Positions 42,150 through 53,056 of a DNA stretch of 64,000 nucleotides are shown piece after piece. Made by a program: the position numbers and the translations under genes. The DNA is from Candidatus Marinamargulisbacteria bacterium. Lineage in GTDB: Bacteria; Margulisbacteria; Marinamargulisbacteria; UBA817. Below the pieces are notes generated by a model. It did no database searches. It had not been told where the DNA came from and saw nothing but the letters and a program-made list of their open reading frames with translations. Each line of letters begins with the position of its first letter. The stretch's first letter is position 1. The stretch is taken from positions 77,279-141,278 of the forward strand of contig JBMHDV010000020.1 in NCBI GenBank assembly GCA_049889215.1, read 5' to 3'.

Positions 42150-44977
42150 AAAAGAAGAATATAATTTCGATTAAAGGGGCACGTGTACACAATTTAAAAG
42201 ATGTTTCATTGGATATTCCTAAAGATAAACTTGTTATTTTTACTGGCTTATCTGGATCAGGAAAATCATCCCTTGCTTTTGATACCATCTATGCAGAAGG
42301 GCAACGCCGTTATGTTGAATCACTGTCTGCTTATGCACGTCAATTTCTTGAGCAACTGGACAAACCAGATGTTGATTCTCTCGAAGGCTTATCCCCAGCG
42401 ATATCCATAGATCAAAAAAATGTATCAAATAACCCGCGCTCCACAGTAGGAACTGTCACTGAAATTCAAGATTATTTACGATTATTATTTGCGAATATTG
42501 GAACACTTCATTGCCCAATTTCGGGTCAACCAGTTCGAAAACAATCCGCCCAAGAAATGTTTAATAACACAATTAAATGGCGAAAAAATGAACCTCTACT
42601 TATTTTTGCACCATTAGTCTCCAAACAAAAAGGAGAATTTCATACACTATTTGCAGATCTGCAACGTCAAGGATTTGTTCGAGTACGAGTCGATGGTGAA
42701 ATTAAACGTTTGGAAGACTGTGGTCGTTTAGAAAAATACAAGCAACATACAATCGAACTGGTAATTGACCGGGTAACCAATAACAAAGAAAATCACCCCC
42801 GACTTTTTGAGGCCATTGAGTTGGCCATTAAACAGGCAAATGGATTGGTTAGAATTGAACATGTTGAAACCCAAGAAGCCAAGGTTTATTCTGAAAACTT
42901 TGTATCTGATGATTATCAATTTACAATTACGGAACTAACACCACGTTTATTCTCGTTTAATTCACCTATTGGAGCCTGCCCGGATTGCAATGGATTAGGA
43001 GATATTTTAACCTTTGAACCAGACCTATTGTTTGAACCAAATCAAACAATAGCTGAAGCAATCGACCCATATGTTAGTATTGAAAATACCAATTATGGCA
43101 TTCGATTTTTTGCAGACGCCGAAAGAATGGGAATTTCGATAAACACCAAGAAAAAGATGAAAAGCCTAACAGAAACCGAAAAGGCATTCATTTATTATGG
43201 GCGTTATGGTGAAGAAATTGATGTCAATCAAAAATCAAAAAGTCGATTTGGCTGGAAGTTTCGACCCAGGGGGTGGGAAGGTGTCTTAAATTTATTGAGA
43301 CGACGCTATGCACAAACTGAATCTGACCTCGCAAAAGAATACTACCAAAAAAATATGATTTCAAAACCATGCCAATCATGCCGAGGACATCGTCTAAATA
43401 AAGAAGCACTGGCTGTCAAAATTAATAACGTCAATATTTCAGAATTTGGAAATTTATCCATTCGAGATGCCAAAGACCTAATAAAAAATCTAGATCTCAA
43501 TGATTATGAATTAAAAGTTGCTCAAGATTTATTAAAAGAAATCTCAGAACGATTGTCTTTTTTAGATAACGTTGGGTTGCATTATTTAACATTGAATCGA
43601 AAGGCAAACACTCTGTCTGGTGGAGAACACCAACGAATACGGTTAGCAACACAAATTGGATCCGGATTAACCGGGGTTTTATATGTTTTAGATGAGCCAA
43701 GTATTGGACTTCACCAACATGATAACGACCAACTTATTGAAACATTAAAGCGTTTAAGGGACCTTGGTAACACCGTAATAGTTGTTGAACATGATGAGGA
43801 CACAATCAAAGCGGCAGACCATGTGGTTGACATTGGGCCCAAAGCTGGTCGATTAGGTGGGGAAATCATACATAATGGATCATTAAAAACATTATTAAGC
43901 AACTCAAAATCAACAACTGGACAGTATTTGGCTGGCAAGAAACAAATCAACATACCAAAAGCACGTAGGAAAGGTCATAAAGGCCAAAGCATAGAATTAA
44001 AAGGTGCCAGTAAAAATAACTTGAATAATGTATCAATTAAAATTCCACTAGGAACACTTACTTGCATCACAGGGGTTTCTGGATCTGGAAAAAGCACTCT
44101 AATTCAAGAAACCTTATTGAAAGCCATACTAAAAGAACGTATGGGACAAAAAACAAATCCTGCTCAGTACTCATCACTAAAAGGAATTGATGACATCGAT
44201 AAAATTATTACCATTGATCAGTCAGCTATTGGACGAACGCCAAGATCAAATCCGGCCACTTATGTTGGTGTCTTTTCTGCCATTCGAGATGTATTTGCAC
44301 AATTACCAGAATCAAAAATGAATGGATTTAAACCTGGCCGATTTAGTTTCAATGTGAAAGGCGGACGTTGTGAAACATGCCAGGGTGCAGGCGTAAATAA
44401 AATAGAAATGCATTTCTTAACCGATATATTTGTAACGTGTGCAACCTGCAAAGGGCAACGATTTAACGAACAGACCCTACGAATTAAATTTAAAGGGTAC
44501 ACGATTAACGACATTTTAAATATGACCATCAATCAAGCTGTGGAAATATTCGAAAAAATACCAAGCATTTATAATAAACTCATTGTTTTACAAGAAGTTG
44601 GACTCGGCTATATAACACTAGGACAGTCTGCAACAACCTTAAGTGGTGGTGAAGCCCAGCGGATTAAATTGGCAAAAGAATTAAGTAAACGAAGTACTGG
44701 GAAAACAGTCTACATGCTTGATGAGCCTACAACAGGGTTGCACTTTGAAGATATCGAACGATTATTGAAAGTCATCCAACAGTTGGTAGATGCAGGAAAC
44801 ACAGTCATTGTTATCGAACATAATCTAGACATCATTAAATGTGCAGACCATATTTGTGATTTGGGTCCTGGTGGAGGAAGTGAAGGTGGAACAATGATTG
44901 CTACAGGCACACCTGAAAAAATCTCCAAGTCAAAAAATTCACTAACTGGAAAATATCTATCAAGAGTTTTAAATTAA
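42146..44977 (+). CDS. uvrA: Excinuclease ABC subunit A
   Basis: 943 aa with two ABC ATPase modules ([18 protein letters not shown]), zinc fingers and LSGGE signatures. Confidence 0.97.
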   Translation: MKKKNIISIKGARVHNLKDVSLDIPKDKLVIFTGLSGSGKSSLAFDTIYAEGQRRYVESLSAYARQFLEQLDKPDVDSLEGLSPAISIDQKNVSNNPRSTVGTVTEIQDYLRLLFANIGTLHCPISGQPVRKQSAQEMFNNTIKWRKNEPLLIFAPLVSKQKGEFHTLFADLQRQGFVRVRVDGEIKRLEDCGRLEKYKQHTIELVIDRVTNNKENHPRLFEAIELAIKQANGLVRIEHVETQEAKVYSENFVSDDYQFTITELTPRLFSFNSPIGACPDCNGLGDILTFEPDLLFEPNQTIAEAIDPYVSIENTNYGIRFFADAERMGISINTKKKMKSLTETEKAFIYYGRYGEEIDVNQKSKSRFGWKFRPRGWEGVLNLLRRRYAQTESDLAKEYYQKNMISKPCQSCRGHRLNKEALAVKINNVNISEFGNLSIRDAKDLIKNLDLNDYELKVAQDLLKEISERLSFLDNVGLHYLTLNRKANTLSGGEHQRIRLATQIGSGLTGVLYVLDEPSIGLHQHDNDQLIETLKRLRDLGNTVIVVEHDEDTIKAADHVVDIGPKAGRLGGEIIHNGSLKTLLSNSKSTTGQYLAGKKQINIPKARRKGHKGQSIELKGASKNNLNNVSIKIPLGTLTCITGVSGSGKSTLIQETLLKAILKERMGQKTNPAQYSSLKGIDDIDKIITIDQSAIGRTPRSNPATYVGVFSAIRDVFAQLPESKMNGFKPGRFSFNVKGGRCETCQGAGVNKIEMHFLTDIFVTCATCKGQRFNEQTLRIKFKGYTINDILNMTINQAVEIFEKIPSIYNKLIVLQEVGLGYITLGQSATTLSGGEAQRIKLAKELSKRSTGKTVYMLDEPTTGLHFEDIERLLKVIQQLVDAGNTVIVIEHNLDIIKCADHICDLGPGGGSEGGTMIATGTPEKISKSKNSLTGKYLSRVLN

Positions 44978-45014
44978 TTTGCGAATTTAACAAGCAAGTT
45001 ATTACACTATAGTT

Positions 45015-45686
45015 ATGAGTATTAAAAAAATATTTATAATGATTTCGTTAAGTATATTAACAGTTAATGCTGCTACATCTGCAAGCGCAAAAGTAACTGC
45101 AACAACAGAACGTAAACACCAATTTACGGAAACAGCGAATAATCAATCAGTTACTGTTGAATGGGTCGAAAAAATAAACTCAGGAATACCAGAATACACT
45201 CGAAAAACAAACTCGGAAACAGAAATTAGCCGTGGAAAGTCTCATACAACATTTTGGGAGCTTAAAAATTCAGATAAAACGTTAAGTATTTCAATTGAAG
45301 ATGATACAGCATTAATCACCACTTCAGAAAACGGTCAAACAACATCAAAGTCACAGCCTCTGTTTGATATCCCCCTAACTTACCCCCCCAGTTTTTACTT
45401 AAGCAAGTTTGCAAAATCAAATAAGAGAAAAATAACGGTTTGGGTGGTTAATAAATCAGAAAATGAACTAAGAAAGATGATTTTTACAAAATTAAAAAAT
45501 GAAGAAATCACCATAAAAAACACAACACAAAACGCATTAAAAATAGAAATGAAGCCGCCAGGGTTTGCAGGAGTTGTATGGAAAGCCTACTACTGGGTCC
45601 ATCCAACCACTGGTGAATTCATTAAATATTTCGGCAAAAAAGGCCCCCCAGGAACACCTGACTTCACCATCATAAAATCCAAATAA
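45015..45686 (+). CDS. Hypothetical exported protein (signal peptide)
   Basis: MSIKKIFIMISLSILTVNAATSASA signal peptide; 223 aa with no recognised family. Sits upstream of the large adhesin. Confidence 0.5.
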   Translation: MSIKKIFIMISLSILTVNAATSASAKVTATTERKHQFTETANNQSVTVEWVEKINSGIPEYTRKTNSETEISRGKSHTTFWELKNSDKTLSISIEDDTALITTSENGQTTSKSQPLFDIPLTYPPSFYLSKFAKSNKRKITVWVVNKSENELRKMIFTKLKNEEITIKNTTQNALKIEMKPPGFAGVVWKAYYWVHPTTGEFIKYFGKKGPPGTPDFTIIKSK

Positions 45687-45732
45687 ATCAGGCACAAAAA
45701 AACATAACATCCATGTTTATTTCCATTAAATT

Positions 45733-48700
45733 ATGGGAATAAATAATTATATGCAGCATATTGTTAACGCTATACGTCTCAGACTGAGGTCTGTTTGTAT
45801 TGTACTTTTTTTATTTTTTGGACCATCAATGATCATGGCATCTGGAATCCCAACGATTGATAATTTTGAAATTAATAATATTCAAGAAAGCAATCAAAAT
45901 GGAGTAAGTATTAACAAAAGCAAATTCATTACGTCTTCCCTTGAGGCATTAAATCCAACAAAAATTAAAATCATAGCAGTGCCTCTGAAAGGAGTTTTAA
46001 AAAAAGGAAATACGATCTTAGAAAAAGATCAATTTGTTAACGTTGATGAACTTGATTCTATATCCTACACACACAAAAAAAATATTTTTGGGAAAGACAT
46101 ATTTAAATGGGAGCTGCATACGGCAGACAACCAATCTAACGTTGTCACCGTTGATTTAAATATCACCGCTGAAACCAATAACATCGTCTTTAAAGGATCA
46201 CTTCCAACGAATGCAAAAGAGGATTCCCCATATGAATATCAACCACAAATTACTGATAAAGACATACCGGAATATACCGTCGACATTACAGAATCATTAG
46301 ATAACGGGGCAAGATCTTTAAGCATCCAAATTAGGGATGAGAATCTAGCTGACATCGAAACGATTGCAATTGATCCCTTTACAACTCAAGTCAATGTAAC
46401 GAAGAACATTACCTATCACTTTATATACCATGGATCTAACGAATTCAAATTATACCAAAACAATGATGTTATTCATGAATTTAACAGCGAAAATCCTGAT
46501 TATCGCTTAACACTTCATAATCATGATCCAATAGGAACAAGCCTTTACCAAGTATCTGACGGAACACAATCAGTAAATTTAAATATCACAGCAAACAACT
46601 TATACACTTATTCATTAATTGGAAAACCAGCGTGGTTGACGTTAAATACAGCAACAGGTGCACTGACTGGCACACCAACTCAAGCCAACGTAAATACATA
46701 TACAGATTTGCAATATACTGTTCAAAAAACAGCTAGTAATAGAACCTCCACAGATGCGTTTGATATTACCGTTATTAACACCAACGATAGGCCAATCGCC
46801 AATGCAGTTTCAAGAACGCAAGTCGATGAAGGAAATTCCATTAACATCACACTATCTGGACAAGATGACGATGGCGATAGTTTAAGTTTTCAACTATTAT
46901 CCCCTCCAAATAATCTCGATGGTCGAACAAACATTGTTGGAAATTTACTTACTTACACTCATAATGGTGATGAAAACACCGGGCTAGTTCAGCTACAGTA
47001 TCAGGCCAGTGACGGTGAATTAATCAGTGATCCTGCAACAATAGAAATCAATGTAAATAGTGTCAATGACGCCCCTATATTTAATGATATGCACGTATTA
47101 GTAAATTTAAATGATAATAAAAACATTACTCTAACAGCAACAGACGCAGATTCAGCCAATTTAACATATGCAATCGTACAAAATACAACCTTAAATAATG
47201 CAAGTGCATCCCTTCAAAATAATATTCTTACCTACAATGCCCCAAGCACATTACCAGGAGAATCATATACAGATCAAATAATTGTAAGTGCAAGTGATAA
47301 CGCTGAAACAACATCAGCCACCATAAATATCTATTTTTATCACCAAAATGAACACCCCCAACAACCATTAAATATCCCAAATATTCAAACACGAATGGGA
47401 ACAAATACTTCTGCTGGAACAATTCTATGGGACCTAAATAATCAACATGGGTTTAGAGACGTTGTTACCAATGCTGCAATTCGATATACGAAACTATCAA
47501 ATGATAAGTTTATTGTGGAGGAATCTACCGGCTACCTTAAAGTTGCAGATAATGCCGTATTTAACTCTAATCAAAATGAGACAATACAAGTATCTGCAGT
47601 CGCACAATTAAATAATTTAAGCTTTATCGCTGTGACATTTACAGTAACCGTTGATATTATTCCTAGCTTAAACCTTGATGATGGATCAAACAACGGAATC
47701 CCAGATCAAATCGATAGCATTAATACCGGGGAATTAATTTTAGATAATGATTTTAATTTTGATGAAAGTTTTGCAGATTTTCGAAAAGAAAACGTCACCA
47801 TTGAAGTTGACTCTGGCAATGATGTAACCATTAATAATGCAAAATTAAAATTAAAGAAAATGATCATTGGGGGTCGTGAAAAATCAACACTCAAAATGAA
47901 CAATGAAGGAACCCTAGATATTGCAACAGACATGATTCTGGGCTCTGAAATTGGCGATAAAGCAGAAATGACTTTGAACCATAAAGATGCCATATTTAAA
48001 CTTGGCGATGACTTTATCATTGGAGAAGAAGGCACTGCCACGTTCAATATTAGCAACGGTGAAGCCCAAATTAATGGGGCATTAACACTTGGAAAAAACA
48101 ACCAATCAGAAGGCGCCATGCTCATTGAAAATAATGCAAAGATAACCATAGAAACCGATTTTATTATTGGGCAGAATGGAAAAGCAACAGTCACATACAC
48201 AGGCGGAGAAGTAACAATTAAACGGAATATTGATGTAAGTCAATCAAACGAAAGTAAATTCAAAATGTCTGGCGGTCGGTTAACCACCAACGAGATCATT
48301 ACAGCTAGGGATGCATTTGAATTCACAGGTGGAGAATTGTCAACGAAAAAAATTACAGGAACGTTCACAAATTCTGGCGGAACCATGTTGGTTGGCCAAG
48401 CAAGTTCAAATAACCAAGGAGTCAGCGCTCAATCAGGATTTCAAGTCATGAGTATAGATGACATTGATAACCATTTAAAAATTATTGGTGATTATATACA
48501 GCTACATGGGGAACAAGTCGTATCAAATTTATCAATGACCATTGTCAGTGAGTCAGAGTCAGAAAATGGTCAATTAAATGTAACAGGAAAAGCTGTTTTT
48601 GATGGACAATTAACCATCACAAAGTCAGAAAATATGGTCTTTAAATTAGATCAAGCGTTTCAAATTGTTAAAGCGAATAGTATCGAAGGATCTTTTTCTT

Positions 48701-49089
48701 CAATGTCCTTACCTGAATTATCCGCTGATCTAGCTTGGGATACATCTTCATTATATCAAAATGGAACACTAAAAATTGCCAAGGCAACATACATTAAAGC
48801 ACCTGTTTCAAGCACATACATCTACCCAAACCCAGCACCAAAATCCTCCTCAATATCCGTACAATACACGCTTAGTCAGTCATCAAACACTACATTGGAA
48901 ATTTACAACATGTTTGGTCATAAATTATTTTCAACAAGTTATGCTTATAACACGAATGGCGGAAAAATAAATATGAATAATGTCCAAATCAACAATAGCT
49001 TTTTTAAAAACTGGCCAATTGGTGTTTATTTTATCATTGTACATAATGGAAAAGATCCACTTGCAAAAGGCAAGTTTAGCCTTAAATAA
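45733..49089 (+). CDS. Large surface adhesin-like protein with cadherin-like repeats, a beta-helix (autotransporter-associated beta-strand-like) region and a T9SS C-terminal sorting domain
   Basis: Signal peptide, repeated ...VNDAPIF / TNDRPIANA...DDDGDSLSF cadherin-like modules, a GGxLTT/GGExT beta-helix repeat region, and a terminal YPNPA...LEIYNMFGHKLF...GVYFIIV...GKFSLK, typical of Por-secretion tails. Confidence 0.75.
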   Translation: MGINNYMQHIVNAIRLRLRSVCIVLFLFFGPSMIMASGIPTIDNFEINNIQESNQNGVSINKSKFITSSLEALNPTKIKIIAVPLKGVLKKGNTILEKDQFVNVDELDSISYTHKKNIFGKDIFKWELHTADNQSNVVTVDLNITAETNNIVFKGSLPTNAKEDSPYEYQPQITDKDIPEYTVDITESLDNGARSLSIQIRDENLADIETIAIDPFTTQVNVTKNITYHFIYHGSNEFKLYQNNDVIHEFNSENPDYRLTLHNHDPIGTSLYQVSDGTQSVNLNITANNLYTYSLIGKPAWLTLNTATGALTGTPTQANVNTYTDLQYTVQKTASNRTSTDAFDITVINTNDRPIANAVSRTQVDEGNSINITLSGQDDDGDSLSFQLLSPPNNLDGRTNIVGNLLTYTHNGDENTGLVQLQYQASDGELISDPATIEINVNSVNDAPIFNDMHVLVNLNDNKNITLTATDADSANLTYAIVQNTTLNNASASLQNNILTYNAPSTLPGESYTDQIIVSASDNAETTSATINIYFYHQNEHPQQPLNIPNIQTRMGTNTSAGTILWDLNNQHGFRDVVTNAAIRYTKLSNDKFIVEESTGYLKVADNAVFNSNQNETIQVSAVAQLNNLSFIAVTFTVTVDIIPSLNLDDGSNNGIPDQIDSINTGELILDNDFNFDESFADFRKENVTIEVDSGNDVTINNAKLKLKKMIIGGREKSTLKMNNEGTLDIATDMILGSEIGDKAEMTLNHKDAIFKLGDDFIIGEEGTATFNISNGEAQINGALTLGKNNQSEGAMLIENNAKITIETDFIIGQNGKATVTYTGGEVTIKRNIDVSQSNESKFKMSGGRLTTNEIITARDAFEFTGGELSTKKITGTFTNSGGTMLVGQASSNNQGVSAQSGFQVMSIDDIDNHLKIIGDYIQLHGEQVVSNLSMTIVSESESENGQLNVTGKAVFDGQLTITKSENMVFKLDQAFQIVKANSIEGSFSSMSLPELSADLAWDTSSLYQNGTLKIAKATYIKAPVSSTYIYPNPAPKSSSISVQYTLSQSSNTTLEIYNMFGHKLFSTSYAYNTNGGKINMNNVQINNSFFKNWPIGVYFIIVHNGKDPLAKGKFSLK

Positions 49090-49125
49090 CTAGGAAAAAG
49101 ATAATAAATCAGCTAATATGAGGCA

Positions 49126-50487
49126 ATGTCGACTAGAGTGCCACCTCAAAACGTAGAAGCTGAACAATCCATATTAGGCGCATTAATGCTATCAAAGGAT
49201 GCGATCGCTTCTGTATTGGGTCAAATACAAGCGGAAGACTTTTATGTAAACCGACATGCCGAAATGTTTAAAGCGGTTCTATCTTTATATCAAAAAAATG
49301 AAGCCATCGATATTGTTACCATGGTGGATGAATTGAATAAAATGAAAACACTCGAAAAAGCAGGCGGAAAAGAATACATTGCTGACGTATTAAACTCTGT
49401 TCCTACTGCGGCCAATGTTCATCATTATGTCGATATTGTAAAAGAAAAATCAGTATTACGAAAAATGATCAATGTTGGAACTGATGTTGTATCAAAAGCA
49501 TTTGATGATGCTGAAGAATCTGATGAAATGTTAAACACAGCCATAAAAGATTTTATGGAAATATCAAAGTCCAATACAGACAATGATTTCGCAAAAATTG
49601 GTGATGTTGTAAATAATGTATGGGATAACATCAGTGAATCATATGGCAAAGAAGATCAAATTCTTGGAACACCAACTGGCTTTAAGGATTTCGATTTATT
49701 GTGTTCTGGTTTTCAGCCATCCGATTTAATTATCTTGGCAGCTCGACCAGCAATGGGAAAAACCACATTAGCAATGAATTTTGCATTAAATGCTGCAGTT
49801 CAATCGAATGCAGGCGTTGCTGTTTTTAGTTTGGAAATGCCTAAAGAACAATTAGCATTAAGAATGCTTTCCTCGGAAGCAAAAGTAGATATGTCCCGCC
49901 TACGAACGGCAAACATTGCAGAACAAGAATATCGTGGCCTTGCCAAAGCACTTGGTCGATTAAGTGAAGCTCCAATTTTCATTGATGATACTCCGGGAAT
50001 ATCCCCCATGCAAATGCGGGCCAAATGTCGTCGACTGATGATGGAGCATGATATAAAAATTGTCATGATTGACTACCTTCAGTTGATGAGACTTGGGCGA
50101 AAACGTATTGAATCACGATTTCAAGAAGTATCAGAAATTGTCCGAGAAATTAAAGCAATTGCAAAAGAGTTAAATTTGAATGTAATCGCATTATCTCAGT
50201 TAAGTCGAGATGTAGAAAAACGTGGTGTTGATGCATTACCAAAACTATCAGATTTAAGAGAATCTGGAGAAATTGAACAAACCGCAGATATGGTTTTATT
50301 TATACATCGTGAAGATTATTACGACTCATCAAACACAAAAACAGGGCTAGCAAACTTAATAATCGCAAAGCAACGAAATGGTCCAACTGGAAAAGTAGAA
50401 TTAGTATTTCGTAAAGATGTATCTCGATTTGAGTTATCAAGCAAAGGAATGGCATCACCTGCTGAACCAGCACCTGCTCAAGCATAA
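49126..50487 (+). CDS. dnaB: Replicative DNA helicase DnaB
   Basis: NVEAEQSILGALM N-terminal motif, GKT Walker A (ARPAMGKTT) and RecA-like C-terminal domain; no intein. Confidence 0.95.
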   Translation: MSTRVPPQNVEAEQSILGALMLSKDAIASVLGQIQAEDFYVNRHAEMFKAVLSLYQKNEAIDIVTMVDELNKMKTLEKAGGKEYIADVLNSVPTAANVHHYVDIVKEKSVLRKMINVGTDVVSKAFDDAEESDEMLNTAIKDFMEISKSNTDNDFAKIGDVVNNVWDNISESYGKEDQILGTPTGFKDFDLLCSGFQPSDLIILAARPAMGKTTLAMNFALNAAVQSNAGVAVFSLEMPKEQLALRMLSSEAKVDMSRLRTANIAEQEYRGLAKALGRLSEAPIFIDDTPGISPMQMRAKCRRLMMEHDIKIVMIDYLQLMRLGRKRIESRFQEVSEIVREIKAIAKELNLNVIALSQLSRDVEKRGVDALPKLSDLRESGEIEQTADMVLFIHREDYYDSSNTKTGLANLIIAKQRNGPTGKVELVFRKDVSRFELSSKGMASPAEPAPAQA

Positions 50488-51971
50488 TGAAATTATTATT
50501 TTTTATTGGGCTTATTTCTAGCTCTTTATTTGCAAATTATCCGTTTGAAATTGAAGCCGATAAAGTAAACTTTCAAAACACAACACAGGAACTTAATGCA
50601 ACAGGAAACATTATTCTTAATTATAAGGAATATACGATAACTGGTGAAAAAATGCATTATTCGAAACAAACAAATCAACTATACCTTAACGAAAACGTTA
50701 AAATTGCAGATAATAAAAATAATGTTTTACATGCCAATAAGATTAAATTTAATTTAAATGACGATATTGGAACCATTTCGAATGGGGAACTTAAAAGCAA
50801 TCGAAACATTAAAGTAACTGGCAAACGCATTAAACTAAAGCAGTCTGAAATTCAATTTTTTGAATGCACCATTACAACTTGTAAATCCAGATCCCCTGAA
50901 TGGTATATTTTAAGTAAAAAATTAACGGTCAATAAAGAAAGTAGCTTAATCGATGCAAACGATAATATATTTTACTTTTATAATGTACCAATTTTTATTT
51001 TACCAAATTTTGCACAAAGCTTATCCAATGAAGAGTATGCCAATAAACCATCGACTGAGCTTGGCTATAACCCAATTGATCATACGTTTATTAACCTACA
51101 TTACGGCTACATCATATCTCCCCTAATATCAGGTAAGGCAGGCATAGGGGTATCTCAAAAGCGTGGATTTCGTTATGGAGCTTACCACACATTAGCACTT
51201 CAACCAAATAAGAGTATCAGCCTACATACCTACGACGTTGAAAAAACAGGATTTGAAGGTGGTGTCCGCTACCAACAAACAAATACGTTAACATCAGACA
51301 ATATAAATCTTTTAAATAATTTATTTTTTACATCCATGGAAAAAGAGTTACCAACATCCAAACTAACCATTGAATATATGTTCGATAAAATAGCATTCAA
51401 TGAACTATACCATGCCATTCCAGAGGCCAGTTTTAAACTGCGTAATTTAAGAGGCCCACTAAAAAATTTAATCAGTGGATCCATTCTTTATGGATACTAT
51501 AGAGATAGAATCAACCTTGGAAACAAATACCGATTTGATTTACAAGCAAAACAGAATTTATTCACATTTAAACAAAAAACTAAACTATCCAATTCAGTAG
51601 AGTTTAAATTCAATCACTATGACAATAACCAGAAAAAATGGGAACGGTTTTATAATACCCTTGAATTTGATTTTCCCATCCTAACAACAACGCATCAACT
51701 TTCATTCACAAAAATGTTAACGCAAAAAGGACAGTCACCCTTCATATTTGATACCATAAATGAGATTACTAACGATGAAATAAGCCTTCTGACAGCCATT
51801 CCTTTAGACCCCCTCACGTTTTCAGTAAACGCGAACTATGAAATAAACAAAGAGACATTTAGAAACTTTATTTATTCAGTTAAACTAACTTTGGAATGTT
51901 GGGCGTTATCAATGAATGTTAATACCGTTTGGAATGAAGTCTCATTTGATGTTTCAATTCCTAATTTTTAA
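50487..51971 (+). CDS. lptD: LPS-assembly protein LptD-like (OstA N-terminal domain plus a short C-terminal barrel region)
   Basis: Signal peptide, OstA-N-like beta-jellyroll (IEADKVNF...ATGNIIL...HANKIKFNL), then SPEWYILSKKL...VPIFILPNF resembling the LptD SPYW...VPIFYSPY segment. Only 494 aa. Confidence 0.55.
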   Translation: MKLLFFIGLISSSLFANYPFEIEADKVNFQNTTQELNATGNIILNYKEYTITGEKMHYSKQTNQLYLNENVKIADNKNNVLHANKIKFNLNDDIGTISNGELKSNRNIKVTGKRIKLKQSEIQFFECTITTCKSRSPEWYILSKKLTVNKESSLIDANDNIFYFYNVPIFILPNFAQSLSNEEYANKPSTELGYNPIDHTFINLHYGYIISPLISGKAGIGVSQKRGFRYGAYHTLALQPNKSISLHTYDVEKTGFEGGVRYQQTNTLTSDNINLLNNLFFTSMEKELPTSKLTIEYMFDKIAFNELYHAIPEASFKLRNLRGPLKNLISGSILYGYYRDRINLGNKYRFDLQAKQNLFTFKQKTKLSNSVEFKFNHYDNNQKKWERFYNTLEFDFPILTTTHQLSFTKMLTQKGQSPFIFDTINEITNDEISLLTAIPLDPLTFSVNANYEINKETFRNFIYSVKLTLECWALSMNVNTVWNEVSFDVSIPNF

Positions 51972-53007
51972 TTATTTTTTTGGCCTCATCCAATAATACA
52001 TCTTTTTGATTTAATAACATTTTAGATCGTACCAATTCTAGTAAATGAGATTGAATAGCCCCCAAATCTTTTCCCTGAAATCCCAAAGACTGAAGTTGTT
52101 CAGTATTAACGGCCAAATCACTAAGTTCAAATAAAATAGCAAATTCATCAAAATTCCAATTTAAAATATGCTTCATTTGACGAATGTCTTGCTTAGAAAA
52201 TTGAAATGTCTTACTTAGCTGATCAAAATTTCCATGCGATATTAGCCAAGCCCAGCGAAATAATCGATCATGGGGTAACTGTGGAATAGAATGAACATCA
52301 ATTGAAATACCAAAATGGTCCAACCATCCAGTTAGAGTCATTGCAGATACCCCTGCTGACCAATAACGGCCCATCAACATACGCTCCATTTCGTATCGAA
52401 TTCGCTCAATGGCTGGCTGTTGAATATTAGATAATTGTTTAAGCGCCTCTCGCAAGTCTAATTGCAATGCAAACCCCAGTTGCGACATAAATCGAAAACA
52501 TCGATATGGACGAAGCGCATCCTCTTCAAATCGATGAAGTGGGTTCCCAACAGTCCTAATTTGTCTTAAGTCCAAGTCCTTTCGTCCATCAAACGGGTCA
52601 ATTAATGATTCTTTTAACGGCTGGTAAGCCATAGCATTAATTGTTAAATCTCGCCGTCGCAAATCGTCTTGAATCGAGGAAACAAAGTGAACGTGTTCTG
52701 GGTGACGTTGATCCTTGTAGCTAGACTCGGTTCGAAACGTCGTTACTTCAATATTTGCACCATCATGATGCACCAAAACAGTCCCGTAATTAATACCAAC
52801 AGGTGTTGTATGATCAAATAGTTGAATAATATCATTTGGCAAAGCATTCGTTGCAAGATCATACTCGATAGGAATACGACCTAAAAGCAGATCTCGAACA
52901 GCGCCACCAACGATAAAGACATTAAATCCACTATGTTCAATTGTTTTGACTACCGATATAATGGCATCAGGGACAAATTCCCGTTTTAACATTGATGCGT
53001 TTTCCAT
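51961..53007 (-). CDS. cca: tRNA nucleotidyltransferase (CCA-adding enzyme) / poly(A) polymerase family
   Basis: FIVGGAVRDLLLGRIPIEYDLATNALP...GTV... and RRDLTINA are class II nucleotidyltransferase head motifs; there is no HD domain. Confidence 0.8.
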   Translation of the reverse strand: MENASMLKREFVPDAIISVVKTIEHSGFNVFIVGGAVRDLLLGRIPIEYDLATNALPNDIIQLFDHTTPVGINYGTVLVHHDGANIEVTTFRTESSYKDQRHPEHVHFVSSIQDDLRRRDLTINAMAYQPLKESLIDPFDGRKDLDLRQIRTVGNPLHRFEEDALRPYRCFRFMSQLGFALQLDLREALKQLSNIQQPAIERIRYEMERMLMGRYWSAGVSAMTLTGWLDHFGISIDVHSIPQLPHDRLFRWAWLISHGNFDQLSKTFQFSKQDIRQMKHILNWNFDEFAILFELSDLAVNTEQLQSLGFQGKDLGAIQSHLLELVRSKMLLNQKDVLLDEAKKIIKN

Positions 53008-53056
53008 TAAATATAATTATAGATCAGAGAAGTAGAGAAACAGAAAGGATAAAAAA

